39,100 bases of DNA from Escherichia phage 6925. This document shows, piece after piece, positions 16,313 through 23,574 of the stretch; the stretch's first letter is position 1, and the number at the start of each line of letters is the position of its first letter. Both the position numbers and the translations under genes were made by a program. A model generated the notes under the pieces. That model saw only the letters and a list, made by a program, of their open reading frames with translations. It was not told the DNA's origin and searched no databases. The stretch lies in the sequence record ON637250.1; one strand, written 5' to 3'.

Positions 16313-17175
16313 GCGAAAAGAAAATAGCTCTGGTTCTTGATGGTGACTATCTGGTCTTCTCTTCTATGGCTGCTGCCGAGGACGAGACTGACTGGGGCGA
16401 TGACATCTGGACCCTTATCTGCGACCATGAGAAGGCTCGTCGCATCCTTGAGAACACCATCGCTGAAATCGTTAAGAAGCGCAAGGCGTGGAAAGACGCT
16501 AAGATTGTGATGTGCTTCACTGACGATTACAACTGGCGTAAGGACGTCCTGCCTACCTATAAGGCCAACCGTAAAGGTTCTCGCAAGCCTGTAGGTTACA
16601 AGAAGTTCGTAGCCGAAGTGATGGCTGACCCACGGTTCAACAGCTTCCTGCGTCCTACGCTTGAAGGCGATGATTGTATGGGTATCATCGGGACCAGACC
16701 TCAGATTGTAGGCTGTGACCATGCTGTTCTGGTGTCCTGTGATAAGGACTTCAAGACCATCCCGAACTGTGAGTTCTTCTGGTTAACCACTGGTGAAATC
16801 CTGAGTCATACGACTGCTGAGGCAGACTACTGGCACATGGAGCAAACCATCAAGGGTGACACCACAGATGGCTACGGTGGCATTCCGGGGATGGGTGATG
16901 ATACCACACGCGCGTTCCTTGACGAGCCGTACTACTTCGTACAGGAGAGCCGTGAGCTTAAGACTGGTAAGAACAAAGGCCAGATTAAGACTGAGTGGAA
17001 GAAGTATCCAAAGCGTGACGACATGACGCTGTGGGACTGCATGGTGACTCTGGCTGCTAAAGCTGGGATGACCGAGGAGGAACTTCTTGTCCAAGCTCAG
17101 GTCGCTCGTATTTGTCGAGCCTCCGACTACGACCCTAAGTCCAAGGAGGTCATCCTATGGACACCATCCATGTGA
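16309..17175 (+). CDS. 6: 5'-3' exonuclease
   Basis: GTG at 16309 with GGAGGA 5 nt upstream (alternative ATG at 16303). LVLDGDYLVF, YKANRK, PVGY, LEGDDCMGII, CDKDFKTIPNC, TIKGDTTDGY and WDC....AKAGMTEEEL match T7 gp6. Confidence 0.93.
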   Translation: MSEKKIALVLDGDYLVFSSMAAAEDETDWGDDIWTLICDHEKARRILENTIAEIVKKRKAWKDAKIVMCFTDDYNWRKDVLPTYKANRKGSRKPVGYKKFVAEVMADPRFNSFLRPTLEGDDCMGIIGTRPQIVGCDHAVLVSCDKDFKTIPNCEFFWLTTGEILSHTTAEADYWHMEQTIKGDTTDGYGGIPGMGDDTTRAFLDEPYYFVQESRELKTGKNKGQIKTEWKKYPKRDDMTLWDCMVTLAAKAGMTEEELLVQAQVARICRASDYDPKSKEVILWTPSM

Positions 17176-17249
17176 TTTACTGGGCCGGACTTCTGGCCCT
17201 TTACTGCATGTACAAGTGGTTCGGGTCAAACAACCGTCCTAAACACTGA
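17157..17249 (+). CDS. gp6.3-like small hydrophobic protein (30 aa)
   Basis: AAGGAGG sits 7 nt before the ATG; MDTIHVIYWAGLLALYCMYKWFGSNNRPKH; overlaps the gene 6 end. Confidence 0.45.
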   Translation: MDTIHVIYWAGLLALYCMYKWFGSNNRPKH

Positions 17250-17301
17250 GTCTAACCGATAGTCATATCCTATCAATCCAACAGTCATCCATAGGTGAAA
17301 C

Positions 17302-17324
17302 ACTAAACTATCACTATAGGGACT
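17302..17324 (+). promoter_or_regulatory. Phage RNAP promoter (phi6.5-like)
   Basis: ACTAAACTATCACTATA|GGGACT; +1 at 17319. Confidence 0.75.
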
Positions 17325-17385
17325 TTATGACCTAAGATATGACTATAAGATATACTTTAGTCTTAACTTAAAGAGGAGATTCAAG

Positions 17386-17658
17386 ATGGCGATTAATGCT
17401 ATTGAAAACGTTGTTAAGCAGTTACAGGAAGAAAGACTTGATGTCCCGAACATCTCACAGTCTGCCATCCAGTTCCTGCACGTATTGTTCAACGCAAGCT
17501 ACGCTGAGAAGATGGGCGTTATCAGTCTCCTCAAGCAGCAAGGCTACAGCGATGCGTTCATTGCCGGGTTCATCAAGGGTCTCCAGTATTGCTCTGACAC
17601 TCTCGACTCTGCGGTTGCTATGCGTCGTGAGCTGAAAGATACCGTTCAGTTTGATTAA
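17386..17658 (+). CDS. Gene 6.5-position hypothetical protein (90 aa)
   Basis: RBS AGAGGAGA; assigned by position after the phi6.5-like promoter. Confidence 0.6.
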   Translation: MAINAIENVVKQLQEERLDVPNISQSAIQFLHVLFNASYAEKMGVISLLKQQGYSDAFIAGFIKGLQYCSDTLDSAVAMRRELKDTVQFD

Positions 17659-17672
17659 CTGTAGGAGGGACT

Positions 17673-17897
17673 ATGTGTTTCAGTCCAAAGATTAGCACTC
17701 CGAAGCCTTCGGTCCAAGCACCTGAACCAGCACCCCTGAGTGAGGAAGTTGCGTCAGTTGACATCGGGGCTGAATCGGATGTGGACACCAACGAGACCAA
17801 AGGTATCAAAGACCTGAAGGTCAAGAAGGAGTCTGCACCTAAAGATAAATCGTCAGTTAGCCGCGCTATGCGAGCCTCTGGCGTCAACATGGGGTAA
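17673..17897 (+). CDS. 6.7: gp6.7-like virion protein
   Basis: N-terminus MCFSPKI and the EPAPL block match T7 gp6.7 as recalled. RBS TAGGAGGG. Confidence 0.75.
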   Translation: MCFSPKISTPKPSVQAPEPAPLSEEVASVDIGAESDVDTNETKGIKDLKVKKESAPKDKSSVSRAMRASGVNMG

Positions 17898-17901
17898 GAC
17901 A

Positions 17902-18324
17902 ATGCTACCATATCTCAACTCACGCGAAGGTCGCCACATGTGCGCTTGTCTCCTCTGGGAAGACGGGCAGTCTAACTTCAAGTCATTCGAGGACTTCAAG
18001 GCTCATACTTACCGTATGGCTGACGAGTTCGAGGGTGAAGAGTACACAATCTACGATGTCTCAGGCCAACCAGTAGCGTATCTCTACATGCTGGCTACCA
18101 CATCTTGGCACCGACCGACTCCCGGTCTTGACCTTTCAATAGTCGCTATTCGTCGTGACTCGCAGTCCTCCCGCAAGGTTCTTGAGACTGTCAGACACAT
18201 CATAGACGAAGAGTGCAAGCGTTGGGGTCTGGGCTGGTATTCTCGTGTCAAGCATGTTTCCGGGTCGGTAGACATCGTAACAACCAAGTGCGTTAGCACG
18301 AACAAGGAGATTAATCGTGGGTAA
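17902..18324 (+). CDS. Gene 7-position protein (host-range/virion protein), 140 aa
   Basis: Assigned by position between 6.7 and 7.3. Confidence 0.55.
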   Translation: MLPYLNSREGRHMCACLLWEDGQSNFKSFEDFKAHTYRMADEFEGEEYTIYDVSGQPVAYLYMLATTSWHRPTPGLDLSIVAIRRDSQSSRKVLETVRHIIDEECKRWGLGWYSRVKHVSGSVDIVTTKCVSTNKEINRG

Positions 18325-18565
18325 ATCAATCAGTAAGGCCTTCAGTAAAGTAGTAAAAGGTGCTTTAGGTACCGTTGGTCTTGGTTCTAACGATGCACCT
18401 AAGGTTGTTGAGGCTCAGACCCCAGCAGCACCAGTGGAAGTACCGAACGACAAAGTGGAGGATGTGGATACTGAAACAACCGCATCTGACGAGAAGAAAG
18501 TGAAGCGCTCCGGTAAGCGTAGCCTTCAGGTCTCTCGTACATCTGGTGGCGGTATTTCTATTTAA
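18317..18565 (+). CDS. 7.3: gp7.3-like tail/virion protein, GTG start
   Basis: Lys-rich N-terminus and C-terminal KRSGKRSLQVSRTSGGGISI match T7 gp7.3 (...SGGGINI) as recalled. AAGGAG sits 8 nt before the GTG. Confidence 0.75.
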   Translation: MGKSISKAFSKVVKGALGTVGLGSNDAPKVVEAQTPAAPVEVPNDKVEDVDTETTASDEKKVKRSGKRSLQVSRTSGGGISI

Positions 18566-18576
18566 GGAGGTGATGA

Positions 18577-20145
18577 ATGGCTGAACGTGAAGGGTTCGCT
18601 GCTGAAGGAGCCAAAGCGGTCTATGACCGACTTAAGAACGGTAGACAGCCATATGAGACACGCGCTCAGAACTGTGCTGCTGTCACTATCCCGTCACTGT
18701 TTCCTAAGGAGTCCGACAACTCGTCTACTGAGTACACAACTCCGTGGCAAGCTGTGGGTGCTCGCTGCTTGAACAACTTGGCTGCAAAGCTGATGTTGGC
18801 ATTATTCCCTCAGTCACCGTGGATGCGACTAACAGTCTCAGAATATGAGGCCAAGACCTTGAGTCAGGACTCAGAGGCAGCTGCTCGTGTTGACGAAGGG
18901 CTGGCTATGGTCGAGCGTGTGTTGATGGCCTACATGGAGACCAACAGTTTCCGTGTGCCATTGTTCGAAGCTCTGAAGCAGCTTATCGTCTCCGGTAACT
19001 GTCTGCTTTACATTCCAGAGCCTGAACAGGGTACTTACAGTCCTATGCGAATGTACCGCTTAGTGTCCTACGTTGTTCAACGTGATGCTTTCGGTAATAT
19101 CTTGCAGATTGTAACTCTCGACAAGGTAGCGTTTAGTGCTCTACCGGAAGACGTTAAGTCACAGCTCAACGCAGACGACTATGAGCCTGACACAGAGCTG
19201 GAAGTATATACGCACATCTACCGTCAAGACGACGAGTATCTACGTTATGAGGAAGTGGAAGGCATTGAGGTAGCAGGGACCGATGGTTCATACCCACTGA
19301 CTGCATGTCCATACATCCCGGTACGAATGGTTCGACTGGATGGTGAAGACTATGGTCGTTCTTACTGCGAGGAGTATCTGGGTGACCTGAACTCGCTGGA
19401 GACGATTACAGAAGCTATCACCAAAATGGCTAAGGTAGCCTCCAAGGTGGTGGGCCTCGTTAACCCGAACGGTATCACGCAACCTCGTCGTCTGAACAAG
19501 GCGGCTACAGGTGAGTTCGTTGCCGGTCGCGTTGAGGACATCAACTTCCTGCAACTGACTAAGGGTCAGGACTTTACGATTGCCAAGTCGGTGGCTGATG
19601 CTATCGAGCAACGTTTAGGCTGGGCCTTCCTTCTTAATAGTGCTGTTCAGCGCAACGCCGAGCGAGTCACTGCTGAAGAGATTCGTTATGTTGCTGGCGA
19701 ACTGGAGGCGACCTTAGGTGGCGTGTACTCAGTACAATCCCAAGAGCTTCAGTTACCTATCGTCCGTGTGCTGATGAACCAACTTCAGTCTGCTGGCATG
19801 ATTCCTGACCTTCCGAAAGAAGCGGTAGAGCCTACTGTCTCAACTGGTCTGGAAGCTCTGGGCCGTGGTCAGGACTTGGAGAAGCTGACTCAGGCGGTTA
19901 ACATGATGACTGGTCTTCAGCAGCTATCTCAGGACCCGGACATCAATTTGCCGACCCTTAAGCTGCGACTCCTGAACGCTCTGGGTATCGACACCGCTGG
20001 CCTACTCCTGACGCAAGACGAGAAGATTCAGCGCATGGCTGAGCAGTCGTCACAACAGGCAGTTGTCCAAGGTGCTAGTGCTGCTGGTGCTAACATGGGT
20101 GCTGCTGTAGGTCAGGGAGCTGGTGAGGACATGGCTCAGGCTTAA
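18577..20145 (+). CDS. 8: Portal (head-tail connector) protein
   Basis: 522 aa, collinear with T7 gp8 (PYETRAQNCA, TPWQAVGAR.LNNLA.KLMLALFP, YRL.SYVVQRDAFGN, RMVRLDGE.YGRSY.EEYLGDL). Confidence 0.96.
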   Translation: MAEREGFAAEGAKAVYDRLKNGRQPYETRAQNCAAVTIPSLFPKESDNSSTEYTTPWQAVGARCLNNLAAKLMLALFPQSPWMRLTVSEYEAKTLSQDSEAAARVDEGLAMVERVLMAYMETNSFRVPLFEALKQLIVSGNCLLYIPEPEQGTYSPMRMYRLVSYVVQRDAFGNILQIVTLDKVAFSALPEDVKSQLNADDYEPDTELEVYTHIYRQDDEYLRYEEVEGIEVAGTDGSYPLTACPYIPVRMVRLDGEDYGRSYCEEYLGDLNSLETITEAITKMAKVASKVVGLVNPNGITQPRRLNKAATGEFVAGRVEDINFLQLTKGQDFTIAKSVADAIEQRLGWAFLLNSAVQRNAERVTAEEIRYVAGELEATLGGVYSVQSQELQLPIVRVLMNQLQSAGMIPDLPKEAVEPTVSTGLEALGRGQDLEKLTQAVNMMTGLQQLSQDPDINLPTLKLRLLNALGIDTAGLLLTQDEKIQRMAEQSSQQAVVQGASAAGANMGAAVGQGAGEDMAQA

Positions 20146-20162
20146 CTATCACTATAGGAACA
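20140..20162 (+). promoter_or_regulatory. Phage RNAP promoter (phi9-like), overlapping the portal stop
   Basis: GCTTAACTATCACTATA|GGAACA; +1 at 20157. Confidence 0.75.
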
Positions 20163-20165
20163 ACT

Positions 20166-20257
20166 AGAGCCACTCAAAGTGGGACTTACTGTAGCGCAAA
20201 CAATGACAGTTGGCATTGATCCTAAGTCATCCTACAGGTCCTACTTTGAGTGGCTCT
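20166..20257 (+). promoter_or_regulatory. Long-range 20-bp inverted repeat (RNA stem) in the gene 9 leader
   Basis: AGAGCCACTCAAAGTGGGAC (20166-20185) pairs with GTCCTACTTTGAGTGGCTCT (20238-20257): 19 Watson-Crick pairs plus one G-U, enclosing about 52 nt. Confidence 0.5.
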
Positions 20258-20288
20258 ACCTATTAACGACTTAAAGGAGAATGACTTA

Positions 20289-21173
20289 ATGTCCCAATCA
20301 GTTTATGCCGAGTTCGGCGTTAGCTCTAATGCAATCACTGGTTCCGTTGAGGACCTGAACGAACACCAGAAGTCTATGCTTGAACAGGACGTAGCGGTAC
20401 GTGATGGCGACGACGCTATTACCTTCAAGCAACTGGAAGCCGAAAACGAAGAGGCTGCCGAAGAAGACGAGAACGTCGAAGAGACTGAAGGTGAAGAAGA
20501 CCACGAGTCCGATGACGAAGAGTCTGAGACCGATGGTGAACAACCTGAGTTCGTCGAACTTGGTGATGCACCTAAAGAGCTGACCGAAAGTGTCACAGCT
20601 CTGGATGAAAACGAAGCTGCATTTGACGACATGGTGTCTTCTGCTGTAGAAGCTGGCAAGGTCACTGCTGATGAAATTACCGCTATCAAGGCTGAATACG
20701 CCAAGGACGGTAAGCTGTCTGACGCATCCTACGCTAAGTTGCAGGAAGCAGGTTACACCAAGCGCTTCGTAGATTCGTTTGTCCGTGGTCAGGAAGCTCT
20801 GGCTGAACAGTATGCCGCTGGTGTGGTTCGCTACGCTGGTGGTGCTGAACAGTTTAATCGCATCCTGTCACACCTTGAGTCCAACGACCCGTCAACTCGT
20901 GAAGCACTGGAATCTGCTATCGTTCGTAAGGACATTGCTACTACCAAAGCTCTGCTGAATCTGGCTGGCAAGACTCTGGGTAAAGCTGTGGGTGTTAAAC
21001 CTCAGCGTACCATCACCACTCAGGCTAAACCTGTGGTCGCACATAAGGCTCCTCAGACCGAAGCATTCAGCTCCAAGGCTGACATGATTAAGGCTATGAG
21101 TGACCCGCGATACCTGCGTGACGCTAAATACACGATGGAAGTTCGCGCTAAGGTAGCTGCCTCAAGCCTGTAG
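20289..21173 (+). CDS. 9: Capsid assembly (scaffolding) protein
   Basis: ATG at 20289 after AAGGAG (the track ORF starts at GTG 20250 inside the stem). VYAEFGV, DGDDAI, acidic central region and C-terminal KAMSDPRY match T7 gp9 as recalled. Confidence 0.9.
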   Translation: MSQSVYAEFGVSSNAITGSVEDLNEHQKSMLEQDVAVRDGDDAITFKQLEAENEEAAEEDENVEETEGEEDHESDDEESETDGEQPEFVELGDAPKELTESVTALDENEAAFDDMVSSAVEAGKVTADEITAIKAEYAKDGKLSDASYAKLQEAGYTKRFVDSFVRGQEALAEQYAAGVVRYAGGAEQFNRILSHLESNDPSTREALESAIVRKDIATTKALLNLAGKTLGKAVGVKPQRTITTQAKPVVAHKAPQTEAFSSKADMIKAMSDPRYLRDAKYTMEVRAKVAASSL

Positions 21174-21174
21174 G

Positions 21175-21197
21175 ACTAAACTATCACTATAGGGAGA
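21175..21197 (+). promoter_or_regulatory. Phage RNAP promoter (phi10-like), strongest consensus match
   Basis: ACTAAACTATCACTATA|GGGAGA; +1 at 21192. Confidence 0.8.
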
Positions 21198-21299
21198 CCA
21201 AGAGAAAGACTCAAGGTTTCCCTATTACTTCAGTCCATACGGATTGGGCATCCAGTAAGTAATAAACTTTATCTTTCAATTGAATAGGAGAATTATCAT

Positions 21300-22349
21300 A
21301 TGGCAAACGTTCCGGGTCAGAAAGTTGGTACAGACCAAGGTAAAGGCAAATCTGGTTCCGACGCTCTGGCGTTGTTCTTGAAGGTCTTTGCTGGCGAAGT
21401 CCTGACAGCATTCACTCGCCGCTCTGTAACTGCTGACAAGCATATTGTCCGTACCATTCAGAACGGTAAGTCTGCTCAGTTCCCGGTCATGGGTCGCACC
21501 TCTGGTGTGTATCTGGCTCCGGGTGAGCGACTGTCCGATAAGCGTAAAGGTATCAAACATACCGAGAAAGTGATTACCATTGATGGTCTGCTGACTGCCG
21601 ATGTGATGATTTTCGACATTGAAGACGCGATGAACCACTATGACGTGGCTGGCGAGTATTCCAACCAGCTAGGCGAAGCGCTGGCTATCGCTGCTGATGG
21701 TGCGGTACTGGCTGAGATGGCTATTCTGTGTAACCTACCGGCTGCATCTGATGAAAACATCGCTGGTCTTGGCAAAGCGTCTGTGCTGGAAGTTGGTACT
21801 AAAGCAGACCTGAACACTCCGGCTAAGCTGGGTGAAGCAATCATCGGTCAACTTACCATTGCTCGTGCGAAGCTGACATCCAACTACGTTCCTGCTGGCG
21901 ACCGTTACTTCTACACCACACCGGACAACTACTCTGCAATCCTCGCGGCTCTGATGCCGAACGCTGCTAACTATGCTGCGCTGATTGACCCAGAGACTGG
22001 TAACATCCGTAACGTAATGGGCTTCGTGGTTGTTGAAGTTCCACACTTGACTCAGGGTGGTGCTGGGGAAACTCGTGGTGCCGATGGTATCACTATTGCG
22101 ACTGGTCAGAAGCACGCCTTCCCAGCTACTGCTACTGGTGATGTTAAAGTTGCTCTGGACAACGTTGTGGGCCTGTTCTCTCACCGTTCTGCTGTAGGTA
22201 CTGTTAAGCTGCGTGACTTGGCGCTGGAACGTGACCGCGACGTCGATGCTCAGGGCGACCTGATTGTTGGTAAGTACGCTATGGGTCACGGTGGTCTGCG
22301 TCCAGAAGCAGCAGGCGCACTGGTTTTCACAGCGGCGTCAGCGGGTTAA
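21300..22349 (+). CDS. 10A: Major capsid protein (10A)
   Basis: 349 aa; LALFLKVF.GEVLTAF, KSAQFPV.GRT, HTEKVITIDGLLTADV, AILAALMPNAANYAALIDPE, RSAVGTVKLRDLALER and KYAMGHGGLRPEAAGA match T7 gp10A. Confidence 0.97.
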   Translation: MANVPGQKVGTDQGKGKSGSDALALFLKVFAGEVLTAFTRRSVTADKHIVRTIQNGKSAQFPVMGRTSGVYLAPGERLSDKRKGIKHTEKVITIDGLLTADVMIFDIEDAMNHYDVAGEYSNQLGEALAIAADGAVLAEMAILCNLPAASDENIAGLGKASVLEVGTKADLNTPAKLGEAIIGQLTIARAKLTSNYVPAGDRYFYTTPDNYSAILAALMPNAANYAALIDPETGNIRNVMGFVVVEVPHLTQGGAGETRGADGITIATGQKHAFPATATGDVKVALDNVVGLFSHRSAVGTVKLRDLALERDRDVDAQGDLIVGKYAMGHGGLRPEAAGALVFTAASAG

Positions 22350-22612
22350 CGACCTTTAAGGCCCTCTCTACCGAGGGTCCTACCTTAGAGACGTATAGTT
22401 CTACGGTGGGAACCAGCTTGAAGGTTGACTTCCCGGAGCTTTCAGATGTGACCGACTGGTCGCTGCTTGATGTTACTACGCCTGATGGTGTTAGCTACTC
22501 CCGTAGAACCAACAGTCTCTACTTCAAGGCCACCTCTGGCGTGGAAGGTCTAGTGATTGTTGAGTATGACGGTTCGCCTGTGCGTTCCTTCAACGTATCT
22601 TTCACAAACTAA
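22322..22612 (+). CDS. 10B: Putative 10B-specific C-terminal extension reached by programmed -1 frameshift at the GGTTTTC slippery site (22322-22328)
   Basis: Heptamer G_GTT_TTC sits 7 codons before the 10A stop. The -1 frame is open for about 95 codons from the slip site to a TAA at 22610-22612, immediately before Tphi. Confidence 0.55.
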   Translation, partial: GFHSGVSGLTTFKALSTEGPTLETYSSTVGTSLKVDFPELSDVTDWSLLDVTTPDGVSYSRRTNSLYFKATSGVEGLVIVEYDGSPVRSFNVSFTN

Positions 22613-22615
22613 TTG

Positions 22616-22655
22616 AAACCCCTTGGGTGCCTTCGGGTGCTTGAGGGGTTTTTTG
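22616..22655 (+). terminator. Tphi-like intrinsic terminator for phage RNAP
   Basis: AACCCCTTGGGTGCCTTCGGGTGCTTGAGGGGTTTTTTG: a GC-rich hairpin plus T6 run, closely resembling T7 Tphi, directly after the capsid gene. Confidence 0.85.
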
Positions 22656-22669
22656 CTTAAGGAGGGAAT

Positions 22670-22759
22670 ATGGTCCTTATTTACACAGGGTTAGCACTAT
22701 TCGTTTTATTCTGGGCGTACCTTCTGTCCAGCTCACCGTCTAGTGCCTATGACCGTTAA
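22670..22759 (+). CDS. Possible mini-ORF (29 aa, one hydrophobic helix) between Tphi and gene 11
   Basis: AAGGAGGG then ATG, MVLIYTGLALFVLFWAYLLSSSPSSAYDR. The RBS and ATG sit where T7 has the gene 11 start; here an in-frame TAA separates it from the gene 11 ATG at 22772. Confidence 0.35.
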   Translation: MVLIYTGLALFVLFWAYLLSSSPSSAYDR

Positions 22760-22771
22760 GGAGTAAAACCT

Positions 22772-23338
22772 ATGGCTCAATACATTCCACTGAATGCTAA
22801 CGATGACTTAGATGCCATCAACGATATGTTAGCAGCTATCGGTGAACCAGCAGTCCTACAGCTTGACGAAGGTAACGCTGACGTCTCGAACGCTCAACGT
22901 ATCCTGCATCGTGTCAATCGTCAGGTCCAAGCTAAAGGCTGGAACTTTAACATCAACGAAGCTGCTGTCCTGACACCTGATGTCCAAGACAATAGGATTC
23001 GATTCCTGCCGTCTTACCTTCGGGTCATGACTGCTGGTGCTACCAGTTACTACAGCAACATGGGGGGCTATCTCTATGACCTGTCCACTCAGTCCACGAC
23101 CTTCACTGGACCAATTACAGTCGAACTGGTGGAGATGAAACCGTTCGCTGAGATGCCTGTAGTATTCCGTGACTACATCGTTACCAAGGCTAGCCGTGAG
23201 TTCAACGCTAAGTTCTTCGGTAGCCCAGAGTCTGAACTGTACCTTCGTGAGCAGGAAGCAGAACTCTACCAGCAGGTGATGGAGTACGAGATGGACACTG
23301 GTCGCTACAACATGATGTCCGACATCGGGAGGGACTAA
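22772..23338 (+). CDS. 11: Tail tubular protein A
   Basis: 188 aa; INDMLAAIGEP, QRILHRVNRQVQAKGWNFNI, YVTKASREFNAKFFG and MEYEMD match T7 gp11. RBS TAAGGAG. Confidence 0.93.
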   Translation: MAQYIPLNANDDLDAINDMLAAIGEPAVLQLDEGNADVSNAQRILHRVNRQVQAKGWNFNINEAAVLTPDVQDNRIRFLPSYLRVMTAGATSYYSNMGGYLYDLSTQSTTFTGPITVELVEMKPFAEMPVVFRDYIVTKASREFNAKFFGSPESELYLREQEAELYQQVMEYEMDTGRYNMMSDIGRD

Positions 23339-23565
23339 TGGCTAGTCACAACCTGAAGATTCACCGCCAGCACTTTGGTCCGGTACAACTAGGTCTAAAG
23401 ACAGCAGAGCTGAGACTTAACGACCGGGACTTTAATGTTGGCGACTGGCTTATCCTGAATGAGTGGGACAACGGGTATACTGGACAACAGGTAGCACGTA
23501 AGGTTGTCCACATTGCTGACGTTGGTGACATCGCTGAGGGATACGTCCTAATGAGTATGATTTAA
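23338..23565 (+). CDS. ASCH/PUA-like small protein (DUF3850-type signature) inserted between tail tubular A and B
   Basis: 75 aa; the H.LKI...F.PV..G.KT.E.R.NDRDF.VGDWL.L.EWD...YTG pattern fits the DUF3850/ASCH signature as I recall it. Start overlaps the gene 11 stop (TAATG). T7 has gene 12 directly after gene 11. Confidence 0.6.
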   Translation: MASHNLKIHRQHFGPVQLGLKTAELRLNDRDFNVGDWLILNEWDNGYTGQQVARKVVHIADVGDIAEGYVLMSMI

Positions 23566-23574
23566 GGAGGGCAT

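Noticed and set aside
16165-16722. 185-aa minus-strand ORF
   Set aside because: Antisense to the well-conserved gp5.7 and exonuclease genes; no promoter or RBS context.
17396-17635. 79-aa alternative-frame ORF inside the gene 6.5-position ORF
   Set aside because: Overlaps a better-supported ORF that has a strong RBS; Ser/Leu-rich off-frame product.
20303-20704. 133-aa minus-strand Ser-rich ORF
   Set aside because: Antisense to the acidic, repetitive part of the scaffold gene; the open frame is a by-product of GAA/GAC-rich coding sequence on the opposite strand.
21735-22289. 184-aa minus-strand ORF
   Set aside because: Antisense to the major capsid gene, which is strongly conserved on the + strand.
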